Both the position numbers and the translations under genes were made by a program. Below the pieces are notes generated by a model. It was not told the origin of the DNA and did not search any database. It saw nothing but the letters and a program-made list of their open reading frames with translations. A DNA stretch of 64,000 bases from a virus (Duplodnaviria > Caudoviricetes): IMG/VR virus record IMGVR_UViG_3300032007_001727; one strand, given 5' to 3'. Shown here in pieces: positions 9,529 to 20,882 of the stretch (positions are counted from its first letter, which is position 1; each line of letters opens with the position of its first letter).

Positions 9529-11934
9529 ATGATTGGAACCAAAATTCGTGGAATCAGACATCTTTGGCGGTTGTCTGATTCTTCACTTAAAAAAATATTA
9601 GTTAGTATTGGCGGCAAAGAATCTAGCATTTGCTATGTTGTTAAAAGTCGGGTAGATTCACAAATTGGTGAAAGACTCTTAATATTCAATCGCGCCATCG
9701 ACAACGTGTCCTATAATTCCGATTCCTTGGAAGAATATTGTGGCATTAAAAGAGACGAGTTTTTTGCGCACCTAGTGTCATGTAATAAAATTTTTGAAGT
9801 ATCAAATCTATCTAGGGCACAAGAATATGACAGATATTTCAATGACATGATATTGTTCCCGGATGATTTTGACTATGCTTTTAAGGCATTTCTGAATGAA
9901 AATTCAAAAATGATTAAGAGCATTTGCGACAAATATTGTATCGAGGCTTCAAGTGATGTGTGTAAGAGTATATTCTTGCTCACCGGAAATTCCAAGAACT
10001 TTTTTTTGTGGGCCATTAACCTTTTCCTTAGGGAGAATTGTTCGTTATCAACGATACAAAGTATTCTCACATGGAATGAATGCTACGGGCAACTCACCAA
10101 AAAACTGAAGAGGGGTGGAACGATAACGGCCTACACCCATCTTAACAGCATTAACGACCTATTAATCGAGTTAAGGGGTCTTAGGACTGAAAAGAGAATT
10201 AATGATGCAATTAACTCATTCAATACTCTTCAGAAGAAACTGCTCCGGTCAAACAATCATACTAGCATTGACAAGCAGACGCTCGCAAGATTTTCAAAAT
10301 TGTCTGAAATAAAAAAGAACAACTTCATAAAGAAGGTGTCAACTATTGATGACTATTCGGAATTGATGAAACAGATGAGGCACGTAACTAGTACTCATTT
10401 TGAGTGGAGTAAGGAATCATTTTTGGATTCCATAAACAACATTGACGGCATTGATTATGAAGTCATATACGATAACGGACCAATAGTGTTGGTATATGTA
10501 AAGGACTATGAAACAATAAAGTATCTAGCCAAGACAACAAATTGGTGCATATCAAAAAATAAATCCTATTGGAACAACTATATAGAAAACGGACACAATA
10601 ACGCAAAACAATATATGGTATTTGACTTCTCCAAGATGGAGGATGACAAATTATCAATAATAGGGTTTACCGTTACAAAAAACAAGGGTATAACATCTGC
10701 GCATAACTTCATCAACGATAATCTCATGCAAGTCGATGCAAATGCCCGGATGTTGAAGTCGTATCTGTCCAAATTCACCAACAGTAATAATATTTTCAAA
10801 ATACTTGATGGCTGCGGAATCGATATCAACATGATAACGCATTATGAGAGGCCGCAATACTCTTGGAACTATAAAGGTGTAATGGATTACTTGTTCGAGT
10901 GTGTTGACAAGGAGTGCGTCAATATTATCACCAACGCCAATAATAAAATGGTGATTTCAGTTAGGAGTGAGTACATCAGATATTTCTTTGGTGATGCATA
11001 CATTGATAGGGTTTCGAATGATTATTACGGGAATGAGCACATCTTGTTTATCGATTTCAACAAGAGTATGTATGACCCGGAAAGAATTGTCTTTGCAATA
11101 ATCTCAAATGAGAATTATGACGAAGACTACTGTATCATGATTGATAACATATCCATGAATGCCCAAGGGCTGAATTTTGATACAATGTTGGTTGAATTCG
11201 GTGCACCGTATGATTGCATAAAGAGAACGGATAACGTGGAAAAAAGAATTGTTGATTCTTTTTATTCATTAAATTCAGTTGTTCTCCGGAAATGCTTAGA
11301 TGAAAACGGTAAAATGTTTCATAAAATCTTAAAGAGTAAAATTGACCAAGGAGATTCATATGATGTGATTAAGGATTCCATTATGGGTCATTTATCCTTT
11401 GATTTGTTGGATATCATATACGACAGTGGCTATTCTCTTCAAGAGTATATCGGCGCTAGGCGTGTAGATTCCCTCCTCAGCGCACTTTTTTCCACGCTAA
11501 GGGACTGTGCCGCTAGGATGGGACTGAAAGAGTTAGAAAAGCCGACGGACGAAGAAGTTGATGCGTTCTACAACGAAATGATTGACAATCGGACAAAAAC
11601 ATTCTACATTGGTATGTATATAGCCATAAAGAAAATAATTGAACATGAAGGGAAGGACAATGAAAATTTTAAATCGTTTGTTTTCCGTTCGTTCAACAAC
11701 AAGATTGTCGGTTCTATGATGAAGGAGTTTTACTACCTAATCATCCGGAAAATAGATTTTTCACGGAAATGTGACTTGTCTTCCAAAATCTTTCTTTATT
11801 TGGCCCAATATGGTGACGAAGAAATGAAAGAGACTGCATCATCTTTGATGAAGAAATATCCTTGGTTAAATAAAGAAGTAAATCTAAAGGAAGCAATATC
11901 AGTTCGGGCACTCTCTGATGTTGATATATTTTAG
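9529..11934 (+). CDS. Large hypothetical protein, paralogue of 12206..14263 (WCI-motif domain)
   Basis: Shared blocks INSFNTLQKKLL / ISNFNTTQRKML, W.KE.(F/L)L, WCI, QY..FDF....D....IGFT. Confidence 0.75.
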   Translation: MIGTKIRGIRHLWRLSDSSLKKILVSIGGKESSICYVVKSRVDSQIGERLLIFNRAIDNVSYNSDSLEEYCGIKRDEFFAHLVSCNKIFEVSNLSRAQEYDRYFNDMILFPDDFDYAFKAFLNENSKMIKSICDKYCIEASSDVCKSIFLLTGNSKNFFLWAINLFLRENCSLSTIQSILTWNECYGQLTKKLKRGGTITAYTHLNSINDLLIELRGLRTEKRINDAINSFNTLQKKLLRSNNHTSIDKQTLARFSKLSEIKKNNFIKKVSTIDDYSELMKQMRHVTSTHFEWSKESFLDSINNIDGIDYEVIYDNGPIVLVYVKDYETIKYLAKTTNWCISKNKSYWNNYIENGHNNAKQYMVFDFSKMEDDKLSIIGFTVTKNKGITSAHNFINDNLMQVDANARMLKSYLSKFTNSNNIFKILDGCGIDINMITHYERPQYSWNYKGVMDYLFECVDKECVNIITNANNKMVISVRSEYIRYFFGDAYIDRVSNDYYGNEHILFIDFNKSMYDPERIVFAIISNENYDEDYCIMIDNISMNAQGLNFDTMLVEFGAPYDCIKRTDNVEKRIVDSFYSLNSVVLRKCLDENGKMFHKILKSKIDQGDSYDVIKDSIMGHLSFDLLDIIYDSGYSLQEYIGARRVDSLLSALFSTLRDCAARMGLKELEKPTDEEVDAFYNEMIDNRTKTFYIGMYIAIKKIIEHEGKDNENFKSFVFRSFNNKIVGSMMKEFYYLIIRKIDFSRKCDLSSKIFLYLAQYGDEEMKETASSLMKKYPWLNKEVNLKEAISVRALSDVDIF

Positions 11935-11947
11935 CAGTTTAAGAAAA

Positions 11948-12139
11948 ATGGAAATTTTGCTTTTTTCTATTTCGTTAATGGTTACGCTATTTTTCCTTAA
12001 CGATAAATTTAGCAAGGCTGTAAGAGTGATTGCATTCAAGGAAGATGAGACTAAACGTAGTGCCATCGTATCTTTAATTACCATGTTCGCAATGGTGTTA
12101 CTGTGGGTGATTTTTTACTACTATGTTAAGGTTTATTAA
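11948..12139 (+). CDS. Small membrane protein
   Basis: Two hydrophobic segments. Confidence 0.5.
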   Translation: MEILLFSISLMVTLFFLNDKFSKAVRVIAFKEDETKRSAIVSLITMFAMVLLWVIFYYYVKVY

Positions 12140-12205
12140 CACAAATAACTTGTCTTTACTGAAAAAAATATATATCTTTGCAAAAATCAATTAATTAATA
12201 ACACA

Positions 12206-14263
12206 ATGAACTATAGCAAGAAACAAATGCAGCCGTTGATTGATAAATACTCAATCAATCCGGAAACCAACAAACTTTTCATTAAGGTATGCGAAATGTT
12301 TGAAGACCAACCCAACTATCAAGTTTGGGCCGTTAAGATGGTTTTTTCATCAGCAATTCAGTTTGACGGGCTTGAGGAGATTCATCAGTGGATTACCGAA
12401 AACAATGAGTTGATTCCAAGTTTATCAAAGAAGAATATTATCTCATACACAACGAAGAGTGATATTGAAAAACTCTTTGATGAAATGAGTGGGTTGAAAA
12501 AGGTGGCATTTATAAAGAAAATGATTTCCAATTTCAACACAACCCAAAGAAAAATGTTAATATCTGCCTTGTTTGGGTCAAACAATGTGCCACTTAACCT
12601 CAAAAGCAGAGTTATCGATGAGTGGTATAAAATATTCAAGATTTTCGACAAAAAGCCTTGGGCAATCAAACACAAGTTCTATAGCACTTGTTCGGCACTA
12701 AAATCTTCCACATCATTATGTCAAGCAATCAAGGATTGTCTAGCAGAATCCTATACATGGGAGAACGGTAAGGAAGATTTGCTAAGTTTCATATCATACA
12801 ATACCCCGGACTGTGACGTTGTGTTCGATGAGGGGAATTGTGTGGTGGTTCGGGTTCCTTCATACAATTCTAGCCATAAACTATGCGGAAGCGGCCGTAC
12901 CGGTTGGTGTATTTGCCGTGAAGAGGGCTACTTCAGAAACTACGTTACATCAAAGCCGAACCGTGCGCAGTATTTCCTATTCGATTTCAATAGGAAAGAG
13001 TCCGATGCATTTGCTCACATTGGATTTACCATTGAGTTCGGAAGAGGTATTGTTGAGGCTCAGACGTGCCACAACTATGGTATGATGCAACCGTTCGAAC
13101 AAGGTAACGAAAAACTCAGCATCCATGATGTGTTGAAGAATTTCGGAATATCCATGTCCACATTCATGAAACTACCAAAAGACCTTGGTTTTGGTTGGGA
13201 CATTGATTCAATCTGCAAATTAATCAGTGAAAACGGCGGAAAAGTAGTCTACAATGCCAACGGAAGGATTGTTGCAGAGGCCAACGGTCAGTTATTCACG
13301 GCAATCACCAAGAAAACATTCATTGGAAAGAATGATTTTCAGTCAAATGGCATGAATAAGATTTTCCTATGCATTGATTTGAACCTACAAACCACTAACG
13401 GGAATTGCATAATTGCAATCTCCTACGCAAAGGATAAGTACGGGTCCTATTCTCTAGGCAAAATAAACAATGCCTTGGGCGAGAAACTAGACGAAAAGAG
13501 TCTCTCTGAACTTGGCATAAATACTGAAAACTTGTTTGATTTGCCGAAATTAGACCCGTCCGTGCTGCTGCATAAGTATATTGATGAAAACAATGAAGAG
13601 GCTGCAATAAAGTTGATTAACAGTGACTCCAAGGTGAATGTAAACTACATCTTCAATAATAGGGCACCGGTATTTGCCGCCATAAACAATTGTATGACAA
13701 AGTTGTATGACACCATTGTCAACCACAAGGACTTTGACAGCAACTACAAGGACGGATATGGTGAAACCTTGTTGGAAATGCTTCTTTATCTCTATGGCAA
13801 TCCGGAAGTGGCTATCACGAAGGATGACAAGGATATGCTGAAAACAATGATTAACTCAACCTTGGCAAGTGAAACCTTTGATTTCAATGCTAGAGACTAC
13901 AACAATGATACAGTTATCAATTCTGCTTGCACCTATAAGGAAGAGGAATGGGTAGTGGGTGTTATTGCCTCATTAAGGGAGGTTGACGTGAACGTGGTAG
14001 ATGACTTTGGGTCCTCGCCCCTTACCACTTGCATAACCAACAAGAACCTTGGTGCCTTGAAGATATTGGGAATGAGACCGGATTTGAAGGTAACTGACGA
14101 AGACAGAGAACTTGCCAAGTCATTTAAGATAGACTTGGACAAATACATAAAGCCGTCTGAAAGTATCTTCGGAATGTATCCAAGACCAAAGAGAATGGAG
14201 CATAATCTTGAAGAGAAGCCAGTATCTGATGAGATTTTGGCTGAAGTCTTTGCCGAAGCATAA
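12206..14263 (+). CDS. WCI-motif domain protein with C-terminal ankyrin-like repeats
   Basis: NYKDGYGETLL, NARDYNNDTVI, DVNVVDDFGSSPL. Confidence 0.75.
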   Translation: MNYSKKQMQPLIDKYSINPETNKLFIKVCEMFEDQPNYQVWAVKMVFSSAIQFDGLEEIHQWITENNELIPSLSKKNIISYTTKSDIEKLFDEMSGLKKVAFIKKMISNFNTTQRKMLISALFGSNNVPLNLKSRVIDEWYKIFKIFDKKPWAIKHKFYSTCSALKSSTSLCQAIKDCLAESYTWENGKEDLLSFISYNTPDCDVVFDEGNCVVVRVPSYNSSHKLCGSGRTGWCICREEGYFRNYVTSKPNRAQYFLFDFNRKESDAFAHIGFTIEFGRGIVEAQTCHNYGMMQPFEQGNEKLSIHDVLKNFGISMSTFMKLPKDLGFGWDIDSICKLISENGGKVVYNANGRIVAEANGQLFTAITKKTFIGKNDFQSNGMNKIFLCIDLNLQTTNGNCIIAISYAKDKYGSYSLGKINNALGEKLDEKSLSELGINTENLFDLPKLDPSVLLHKYIDENNEEAAIKLINSDSKVNVNYIFNNRAPVFAAINNCMTKLYDTIVNHKDFDSNYKDGYGETLLEMLLYLYGNPEVAITKDDKDMLKTMINSTLASETFDFNARDYNNDTVINSACTYKEEEWVVGVIASLREVDVNVVDDFGSSPLTTCITNKNLGALKILGMRPDLKVTDEDRELAKSFKIDLDKYIKPSESIFGMYPRPKRMEHNLEEKPVSDEILAEVFAEA

Positions 14264-14314
14264 AGAAATTGAAACTAAAAAGAAAGGTGGCCAATATCTG
14301 ACCACCTTTTATTG

Positions 14315-15479
14315 TTATTGTTCGACCTTTGTCCAACCACTCAATCGGTTCATCCAAGTATCATAGCCACTGCTACCTTGTGGGACATAGAGAGTACCAC
14401 CGGTCTTAATATACATGAAAGTATTATTTGCTATTGTTGGTGCTGTTGTGGCAAATGAGGTTATTGCTGATAAACTAGTACAATTAACGAAACCTTGACT
14501 ATCAATACTTGTAACACCACTTGGAATGTTTATACTTGTCATAGCAGTACAACCATTGAAAGCCTGTACACCAATGCTTGTAACACTGTTCGGAATTGTT
14601 ACGCTTGTTAAACTACGACAACCGGAGAAGGTTTGATTATCAATACTTGTAATACCATTTGGAATTGTTATGCTTGTTAAACTATAACAACTAGTGAAAG
14701 CGCTATTACCAATGCTTGTAACACTGTCCGGAATTGTTATACTTGATAAGCCGTGGCATCTAAAGAAAGCATTATTACCAATACTTGTAATATCATTTGG
14801 AATAAATGCCGCATCAGAACCCTTTATTAAGGTATTTGTAGCAGTTTCAATAATTGCATTACAGTTGTTTCTTGAGTCATAAACTGTGTTGGCAGCATCA
14901 ACTTCTACGTCTGATAACCCAATATAATCTATGTCTCGAATGACTGCATTTATATTTGTAATCGCACTCCCAATATATAAAAATTTAATTTCAACACAAC
15001 CATCAAAAGCACTTCCGCTTATACTTGAAACACTGTTTGGAATAATAAGAGTCTGAAGGAAAGGTCTAGCACGTTCAATTCTCATTACCTCATCTTCAGA
15101 TTCAACACAAGAACCTCCCCAACCATTATATAAGTCACCAATGCTTGTGCATAATTCGCCGCAAACAATTGAGGTAATACAAGCACCGCTTAGTTCACCC
15201 GTTTCCGGGTCATAGTCCAAAGTTAAATAAGATTTAATCATGCATTGTGTCAGTTCTCCGCTTCCTTGTAACTCAACTTCCGTTGGTTCGCCAACCGGAA
15301 CATCATTCAAATATTCTTGTACGGTTAACTTAACAAAGAATGGTGGGGGGGGGTGGAACATCCGGATTGTAGTGTACGGCACTGTCAGCCATAACATAAC
15401 TTACGTTTGGCTTTGGATAGTCCGTGGCAACATAGGCTGTATAATCGGCAACAGTTGCGAACTTTTGTAAATACTTCAT
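14315..15479 (-). pseudogene. BspA-type LRR protein, copy 2, frameshifted at a G9 tract (candidate phase-OFF allele)
   Basis: ATG at 15479 gives MKYLQKFATVADYTAYVATDYPKPNVS..., then TAA at 15330-15332 after the G9 tract (15345-15353). G8 would give a continuous 387-aa protein. Confidence 0.85.
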
Positions 15480-15608
15480 AATTATTATTTAAAAATTTAA
15501 ATATGGTTATTTTAACAATAAATATCACAAATATCTTGTTATTTTCATATTTTTTATATATCTTTGCAACAGTTAAAAAAAATGTTAAATTTCAAACCTA
15601 ATTAATTC

Positions 15609-16796
15609 ATGTACTACGAATATAGCAATATTAAGAAATTATTGGTGTGCGGTAACATTTCTGATAACCTTGATAATTTCATTAAGAGAGTGGTGTCCAA
15701 AATGCCGGAAAAGGGTGACTATGGTAATAAGGTTCACCCAAAGGAAATTGAAAGAAGAGAAAGAATCAATCGTCAGTTACAAGAAAACCCGACATTAACA
15801 CTAACAAGTGGATTGTATAAAAACAAATCAAGGTATTCTTTAGATTCATTCAATTCATCAAAAAACAATTTGATTGTTGTGTGTGGTTCCAACACATTCT
15901 ATAACGATGATTATGGTTTTTATTTGAAAAAACTTGAAGAATTAAATGAAGTATTGTCCATGAATGAAAGCCATGTGGTTTTTATCCGTGGAAATGATAA
16001 CGTTACGCTCTTCAAGAACAACGTATTAAACCTCAGTAACATTAAATGTATAGATGACTTTGGTGTTATTAAGGTTGGTGGATTCAATATGATGTGCATC
16101 GGCGGTTCAATATCAATTGACCGTGAATGGAGGAAAAGACAACAAGAAAGGATAGGTAAGAGGTTGTATGATGAAAATGAGGGAATGGATTATAGAGACG
16201 AAGACGTTGACAAAGTTTTCAATGAACTCCCCATCCATTGTATTCTGTCCTCTTGCGGCCCGTCATTCTCCAACCCCGGTATGGGTTTCTATTCATCCTC
16301 CAATTGGGTTCGTGATGACAAGAAACTGTATGAGGATATGAAGAATGAGAGGCTGAAAATGGATGCCTTATATAATAAGTTGATTGAAAAGAACAAGAAA
16401 CCATACTTATGGATTTATAGCAAGTTCAATATGAGCAGCGAAAGCAATATGAATGATATGATATTCTTATCCATTAATAATACGCGGTTCATCAACATCA
16501 ATGAAACAATGCACGAGGCATATTCAATATCCGACATAACCAAAATTAAGGGTGACAATACGGAAGATGCCAAGTCAAAATCAAAAAGGCGCAAGAAGAA
16601 GGAGGAATCACGAATGGCTTGGGATGTCGCTTGGGAGATTCAACATCCGGTTTATCACCTTGATGTTGGAAACGATAGACAGATTGTTGGAGACTTAATA
16701 GAAGATGGTAGGGAGATTGAAGATGAAGTTGACCAAGAGTTGGACGAGGGAGAAATCTTCGGAGAAGAACAAATTGTTGAACGCTTGGAATTTTAA
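15609..16796 (+). CDS. Metallophosphoesterase-fold protein with degenerate catalytic motifs
   Basis: LLVCGNI, VFIRGND, CIGGSISIDR are recognisable, but the canonical D and H ligands are missing. Confidence 0.6.
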   Translation: MYYEYSNIKKLLVCGNISDNLDNFIKRVVSKMPEKGDYGNKVHPKEIERRERINRQLQENPTLTLTSGLYKNKSRYSLDSFNSSKNNLIVVCGSNTFYNDDYGFYLKKLEELNEVLSMNESHVVFIRGNDNVTLFKNNVLNLSNIKCIDDFGVIKVGGFNMMCIGGSISIDREWRKRQQERIGKRLYDENEGMDYRDEDVDKVFNELPIHCILSSCGPSFSNPGMGFYSSSNWVRDDKKLYEDMKNERLKMDALYNKLIEKNKKPYLWIYSKFNMSSESNMNDMIFLSINNTRFININETMHEAYSISDITKIKGDNTEDAKSKSKRRKKKEESRMAWDVAWEIQHPVYHLDVGNDRQIVGDLIEDGREIEDEVDQELDEGEIFGEEQIVERLEF

Positions 16797-16803
16797 GGTA
16801 ATT

Positions 16804-17571
16804 ATGGCACAGACTAACAGTAGATTTTTCTCACTCATGGTTGTTGGTGAGAACCCAAATGAAATTATAAAGAAATATGGTTCGGACTTTATTGTCGAGC
16901 CGTATGTGAAATACAAATACTTGAATGCCAAGAAGTATCAAGACACGGCAATAAAGACGCTTGGTGCCTTATTGGATAAATCTGACACAATAGGCATTGA
17001 CCCTCAGATGAAGGATGCATTGATTAACAGACTCAACAATCTGAAAAAAATGTCATCGTTTGAATATTATCGCAATCTGACTGACGGAATGTATTATGAC
17101 GAGGACGGCAATGCCATTTCCGAAGAAAACCCTAATGCCAAATATAATACTTGCAGATTGGGGAGGAATTTTGCCCTGCCGTTAATACTTATGGACGGTT
17201 CTGAGTCTTATTCCGCATTGGTTAAGAATGTCAATTGGGATGTGATGAACGGTGCAAACAAGGAACCTTATGAAAGGGCTTGGGACATGGTGGTTGAAGG
17301 AAAGGAACCGCAAACTGAAGAAGATAAATCCATTTTTAAGGCAATGGGTGACAAGGAGGCTTATTTTAGAAACTTTAAGTCAAAGGAGGATTATGTGGCT
17401 TATAATACAGCCTATTGGAACTACGCCTTTGCTGATAAAGACTCATGGGTGGACGTTGATGATTGCGGGGATGAGCAAAAATGGATTAGGGAGTATTATG
17501 ACCGGTTTATAAAAACATTAAATCCGGATGACCTAATTACAATATTCGAATGCTCCATCAATAACGGATGA
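16804..17571 (+). CDS. Hypothetical protein
   Basis: ORF follows an ATTATG start. Confidence 0.7.
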   Translation: MAQTNSRFFSLMVVGENPNEIIKKYGSDFIVEPYVKYKYLNAKKYQDTAIKTLGALLDKSDTIGIDPQMKDALINRLNNLKKMSSFEYYRNLTDGMYYDEDGNAISEENPNAKYNTCRLGRNFALPLILMDGSESYSALVKNVNWDVMNGANKEPYERAWDMVVEGKEPQTEEDKSIFKAMGDKEAYFRNFKSKEDYVAYNTAYWNYAFADKDSWVDVDDCGDEQKWIREYYDRFIKTLNPDDLITIFECSINNG

Positions 17572-17715
17572 ACTACCCATCAACTAAAGATTTGTGGAAT
17601 TTTTTGGTGTTTTTTATTAAAAAACATTAAAATAATGTGGGATATCTTGTGTATCTCACATTTTTTTTATACTTTTGCAAAAAATGATGGTACAAACACA
17701 GAAAGAATAATCACT

Positions 17716-19107
17716 ATGCAGATATTCAAAGAAGAAAGAATTATCAAGTTAATTGAGTTCATAAAAGATGAAATTAAGGATACTGCCTTCAGAAACCATG
17801 TATTCGTGGTCGGTGGCAGCATCAGAGATTCATTATTGGGACTTAAGGTAAAGGATATTGACTTGGTGGTGGACATCCCAAACGGAGGTGTATTACTATC
17901 GACGTTCTTGACAGCCAAGAACAACTGCTATAGAACCGGAAAGAACCCCGTCATTTACAACAAATACGGTACCGCAAAGTTCCAATTTCTCAACCACAAC
18001 GAATTCAACGACATTGAAATAGAGTGTGTACAAACTAGGAAGGAACAATACCACAATGAGAGCCGGAACCCAAAAGTCGTATTCGGCGAACTTGAAGAAG
18101 ATGCCAAGAGAAGGGACTTTACGGTCAACTCAATTTACTACAACATTAGCAGTGATAGGATAGAAGACCCGAATAACGGGTTGGATGATATTCTAAATGC
18201 TGTCATCAAGACTCCGTCAAACCCAAGAATAATCTTCATGGAAGACCCGCTCAGAATTCTGAGGGCGGTGAGGTTTTCTTGTAAATTGGGTTGGGGTATT
18301 GAAAAGGATACTTGGTTGGGCATGATTGAAAATGCCCATAGGATAGATATCATATCCCAAGAAAGAATAACCGATGAGATAACCAAGATTTTGACATCAC
18401 ACAAGCCTAGTGTCGGGATAAGGAAGATGCTAGGGTGCGGATTGCTACATAGGGTATTGCCGGACATATACGACCTAATTGGCGTATCTGAGTGCGGCAA
18501 ACTGTCTCTGTTTGACCATACAATGTCTGTGTTGGATGTCGTAAACCCGTGCATAGAGCACCGTTTAGCAGCCCTTTTCCATGATGTGGGCAAAGTCGTT
18601 GTCAATGGGGTTAATTCAAAACACGTTGATGTCCCCTCTTTCAGCAGTGATATTGCCTCCCATGACTTGTTTATGATGAAATATCCGAATTCCGTAATAG
18701 ATACGGTTGAAAAGGCAATCAAGTATCACATGGCCTTTTCCAATTACGGGGAATATGAAATCCCAAGGGATAAGATACTCCGGAAATTCATTCATCTAGT
18801 AGGTGATTCGATTGCACCGACATTCGACCTTATGAATGCAAACAACGCATTCTGCGGGCGAAACAAGAAGAAGACCCAAGTCATGAACATACTGAACCGG
18901 ATGGAAGAGTTGGAAAACATAGAAAATATGCAGAATGTTAAACTTCCGGTTTCCGGAAAGGATATTATGGAGAAATTCAATCTGAAACAGTCTCCGCTGA
19001 TTGGTACCCTCTTGAATGAGATAAGAGAGGCTTATTTTGAACGTCCGGACATTACAAAGGAAGAGTGCTTTGAATTGGTAGACAAAATCTTAAATAAAGT
19101 TATCTGA
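17716..19107 (+). CDS. cca: CCA-adding tRNA nucleotidyltransferase / poly(A) polymerase family with HD domain
   Basis: VGGSIRD, KDIDL, DAKRRDFTVN, EDPLRILRAVRF, SQERI, LFHDVGK. Confidence 0.88.
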   Translation: MQIFKEERIIKLIEFIKDEIKDTAFRNHVFVVGGSIRDSLLGLKVKDIDLVVDIPNGGVLLSTFLTAKNNCYRTGKNPVIYNKYGTAKFQFLNHNEFNDIEIECVQTRKEQYHNESRNPKVVFGELEEDAKRRDFTVNSIYYNISSDRIEDPNNGLDDILNAVIKTPSNPRIIFMEDPLRILRAVRFSCKLGWGIEKDTWLGMIENAHRIDIISQERITDEITKILTSHKPSVGIRKMLGCGLLHRVLPDIYDLIGVSECGKLSLFDHTMSVLDVVNPCIEHRLAALFHDVGKVVVNGVNSKHVDVPSFSSDIASHDLFMMKYPNSVIDTVEKAIKYHMAFSNYGEYEIPRDKILRKFIHLVGDSIAPTFDLMNANNAFCGRNKKKTQVMNILNRMEELENIENMQNVKLPVSGKDIMEKFNLKQSPLIGTLLNEIREAYFERPDITKEECFELVDKILNKVI

Positions 19108-19109
19108 CA

Positions 19110-19385
19110 ATGGGAACGAAATGCACGAAATGTCCTTTTAAGAAAACAAAGGACTGCACTCAGAGTTTTATTAGAAAATATCATAATAGTTGTACGACGT
19201 ATAACATAGACAGTAAAGATGAAAGCGTCAACACGGATATTGACAATTTTCTCGTTTCAAACGGTTTTGTGAAAGAAAAACCGAAGAAGGCCAAATCACA
19301 ACCGAAAACCGTAAAGAAAAATACCAAGACAAATGGTACAAAAAAAAAAATAAGTCATGAAAAAAGCCAAGGAACCCACGTTTAA
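19110..19385 (+). CDS. Small Cys- and Lys-rich hypothetical protein
   Basis: CTKCPF motif. Confidence 0.5.
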   Translation: MGTKCTKCPFKKTKDCTQSFIRKYHNSCTTYNIDSKDESVNTDIDNFLVSNGFVKEKPKKAKSQPKTVKKNTKTNGTKKKISHEKSQGTHV

Positions 19386-19923
19386 TAGATTTCTGAAAAA
19401 ATGCAGCAATGCATCTACATTTAAATTGGGATTTATTTATAAAGGAATTACTAGAGGGTTTGGTGCTCATAACATCTTCCCATACTCTAACTTTATGATG
19501 TTCGTTAGGAATGCACACCATAATGAATTTGTGTCATTAGGTAAACTGAATCTGTTTACAAATATTTTGCATTATTCTGACGTATTTGATGAAATAATGA
19601 AAATAAGACTTGGAACAACCATAAGTCCGTACTATGATTGTCAGATATTAAAAAATGTACAAGTCTTTAAAAAAGGTCCGATGGCTGCATTTGATGAGTT
19701 CATGAAGGAATATCTTGTATTCTATTTCAATGACAAGTCAAATAGGACACGACATTCGATATTATTTTATTGCTTTCTGTTCGGAATATTGTTTGCGACA
19801 ATGACTAGCATCGGTGTCTTTTATTTAGCATACCGTTTTTTAGGTTATGAGGTCACCATATTTTTTACCTTGTTCTTCTTGATTGTATTATTAGTATTAA
19901 AAAACATAAAGCAAAAAATATGA
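19357..19923 (+). CDS. Hypothetical membrane protein
   Basis: Two C-terminal hydrophobic helices. Confidence 0.6.
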   Translation: MKKAKEPTFNRFLKKCSNASTFKLGFIYKGITRGFGAHNIFPYSNFMMFVRNAHHNEFVSLGKLNLFTNILHYSDVFDEIMKIRLGTTISPYYDCQILKNVQVFKKGPMAAFDEFMKEYLVFYFNDKSNRTRHSILFYCFLFGILFATMTSIGVFYLAYRFLGYEVTIFFTLFFLIVLLVLKNIKQKI

Positions 19924-20132
19924 GGGATTTTTTAAGGGCCATACTAAGAACTTTGATTCTGTTGGCAATTGTCGGTTCGTGCACTGAAACAATTCGCTTT
20001 ATGGGTAAACTAACTGAAGTGGAAGATTACCCGTACAAGGAGCGGAAAGAGTATGTCATATCAAATAATTCTGAAGACACACACGAATATGAACCGCAAG
20101 ACAGTGAGTATTACACCAATACACCAAATTAA
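19920..20132 (+). CDS. Small secreted or lipoprotein-like protein
   Basis: LILLAIVGSC lipobox-like segment. Confidence 0.5.
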   Translation: MRDFLRAILRTLILLAIVGSCTETIRFMGKLTEVEDYPYKERKEYVISNNSEDTHEYEPQDSEYYTNTPN

Positions 20133-20264
20133 ATAACAATAACGATGAGACTTGAAGAATTTAAGAAATTAGTGAAAATCACCATAATGTTTCTAATAAT
20201 TTTATGGATGGTTGGACTTGGCACAATTATAATTCGTGAATTACTTTAAAAAATAAAAAAAATT

Positions 20265-20831
20265 ATGAACGATTTTAGAGAGAAAGTCTCCGCGCTTATC
20301 AACACGGCATCGGAGCAAGCAAATTCATTGCTTGGAGAGTTTAACAACATCGTCAACTCATTTGAGATTGACGAAAAGTATGGTTCCCTTCTCAACGAGA
20401 AGAAGAATGACTTGATTAGCAAGAGCAACAAGGTTCTCAACGATTTCTCCGATTTGCTCAAGCAAGTCAAGGACAACTTTAAGGACATGACAATCGTCGT
20501 TCCGTTCAATGAGGACAAGGGGGAAAAGTTCACCATCACAAAGGAAGGTAACAGAGTTACCGTAGAGGTGAAATACGAGGACGAGAAAACAACCAAGCAC
20601 AACAAGACAAGTGTGCTTATCGGCGAAGAATGTGATTGGGACAACCACACTGTTTCAGTGAACAAGTTCAACAACACATTGACACTCACAATCCCCAAGA
20701 AGAAGACTGAAGGTGATGATGCCAAACCGACATTCTTGTCCAAACTTGAAAGGAAACTCAAGGAGAACGAGGACAAGTTCGCCAAGATTATGGAGAACAA
20801 CGGAATGCGGTTTGTCCGTAGGAACCCATAA
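20265..20831 (+). CDS. Hsp20/alpha-crystallin-like protein
   Basis: Beta-rich core ending FNNTLTLTIPKK. Confidence 0.5.
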   Translation: MNDFREKVSALINTASEQANSLLGEFNNIVNSFEIDEKYGSLLNEKKNDLISKSNKVLNDFSDLLKQVKDNFKDMTIVVPFNEDKGEKFTITKEGNRVTVEVKYEDEKTTKHNKTSVLIGEECDWDNHTVSVNKFNNTLTLTIPKKKTEGDDAKPTFLSKLERKLKENEDKFAKIMENNGMRFVRRNP

Positions 20832-20882
20832 GACAAAAAAAGAAAGGTGGTCAGATATTGACCACCTTTTTATTGTTAAGTA

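Noticed and set aside
14315-15397. Intact 360-aa BspA starting at 15397
   Set aside because: That start is out of frame with the conserved family N-terminus, which begins at ATG 15479 behind the usual leader and promoter.
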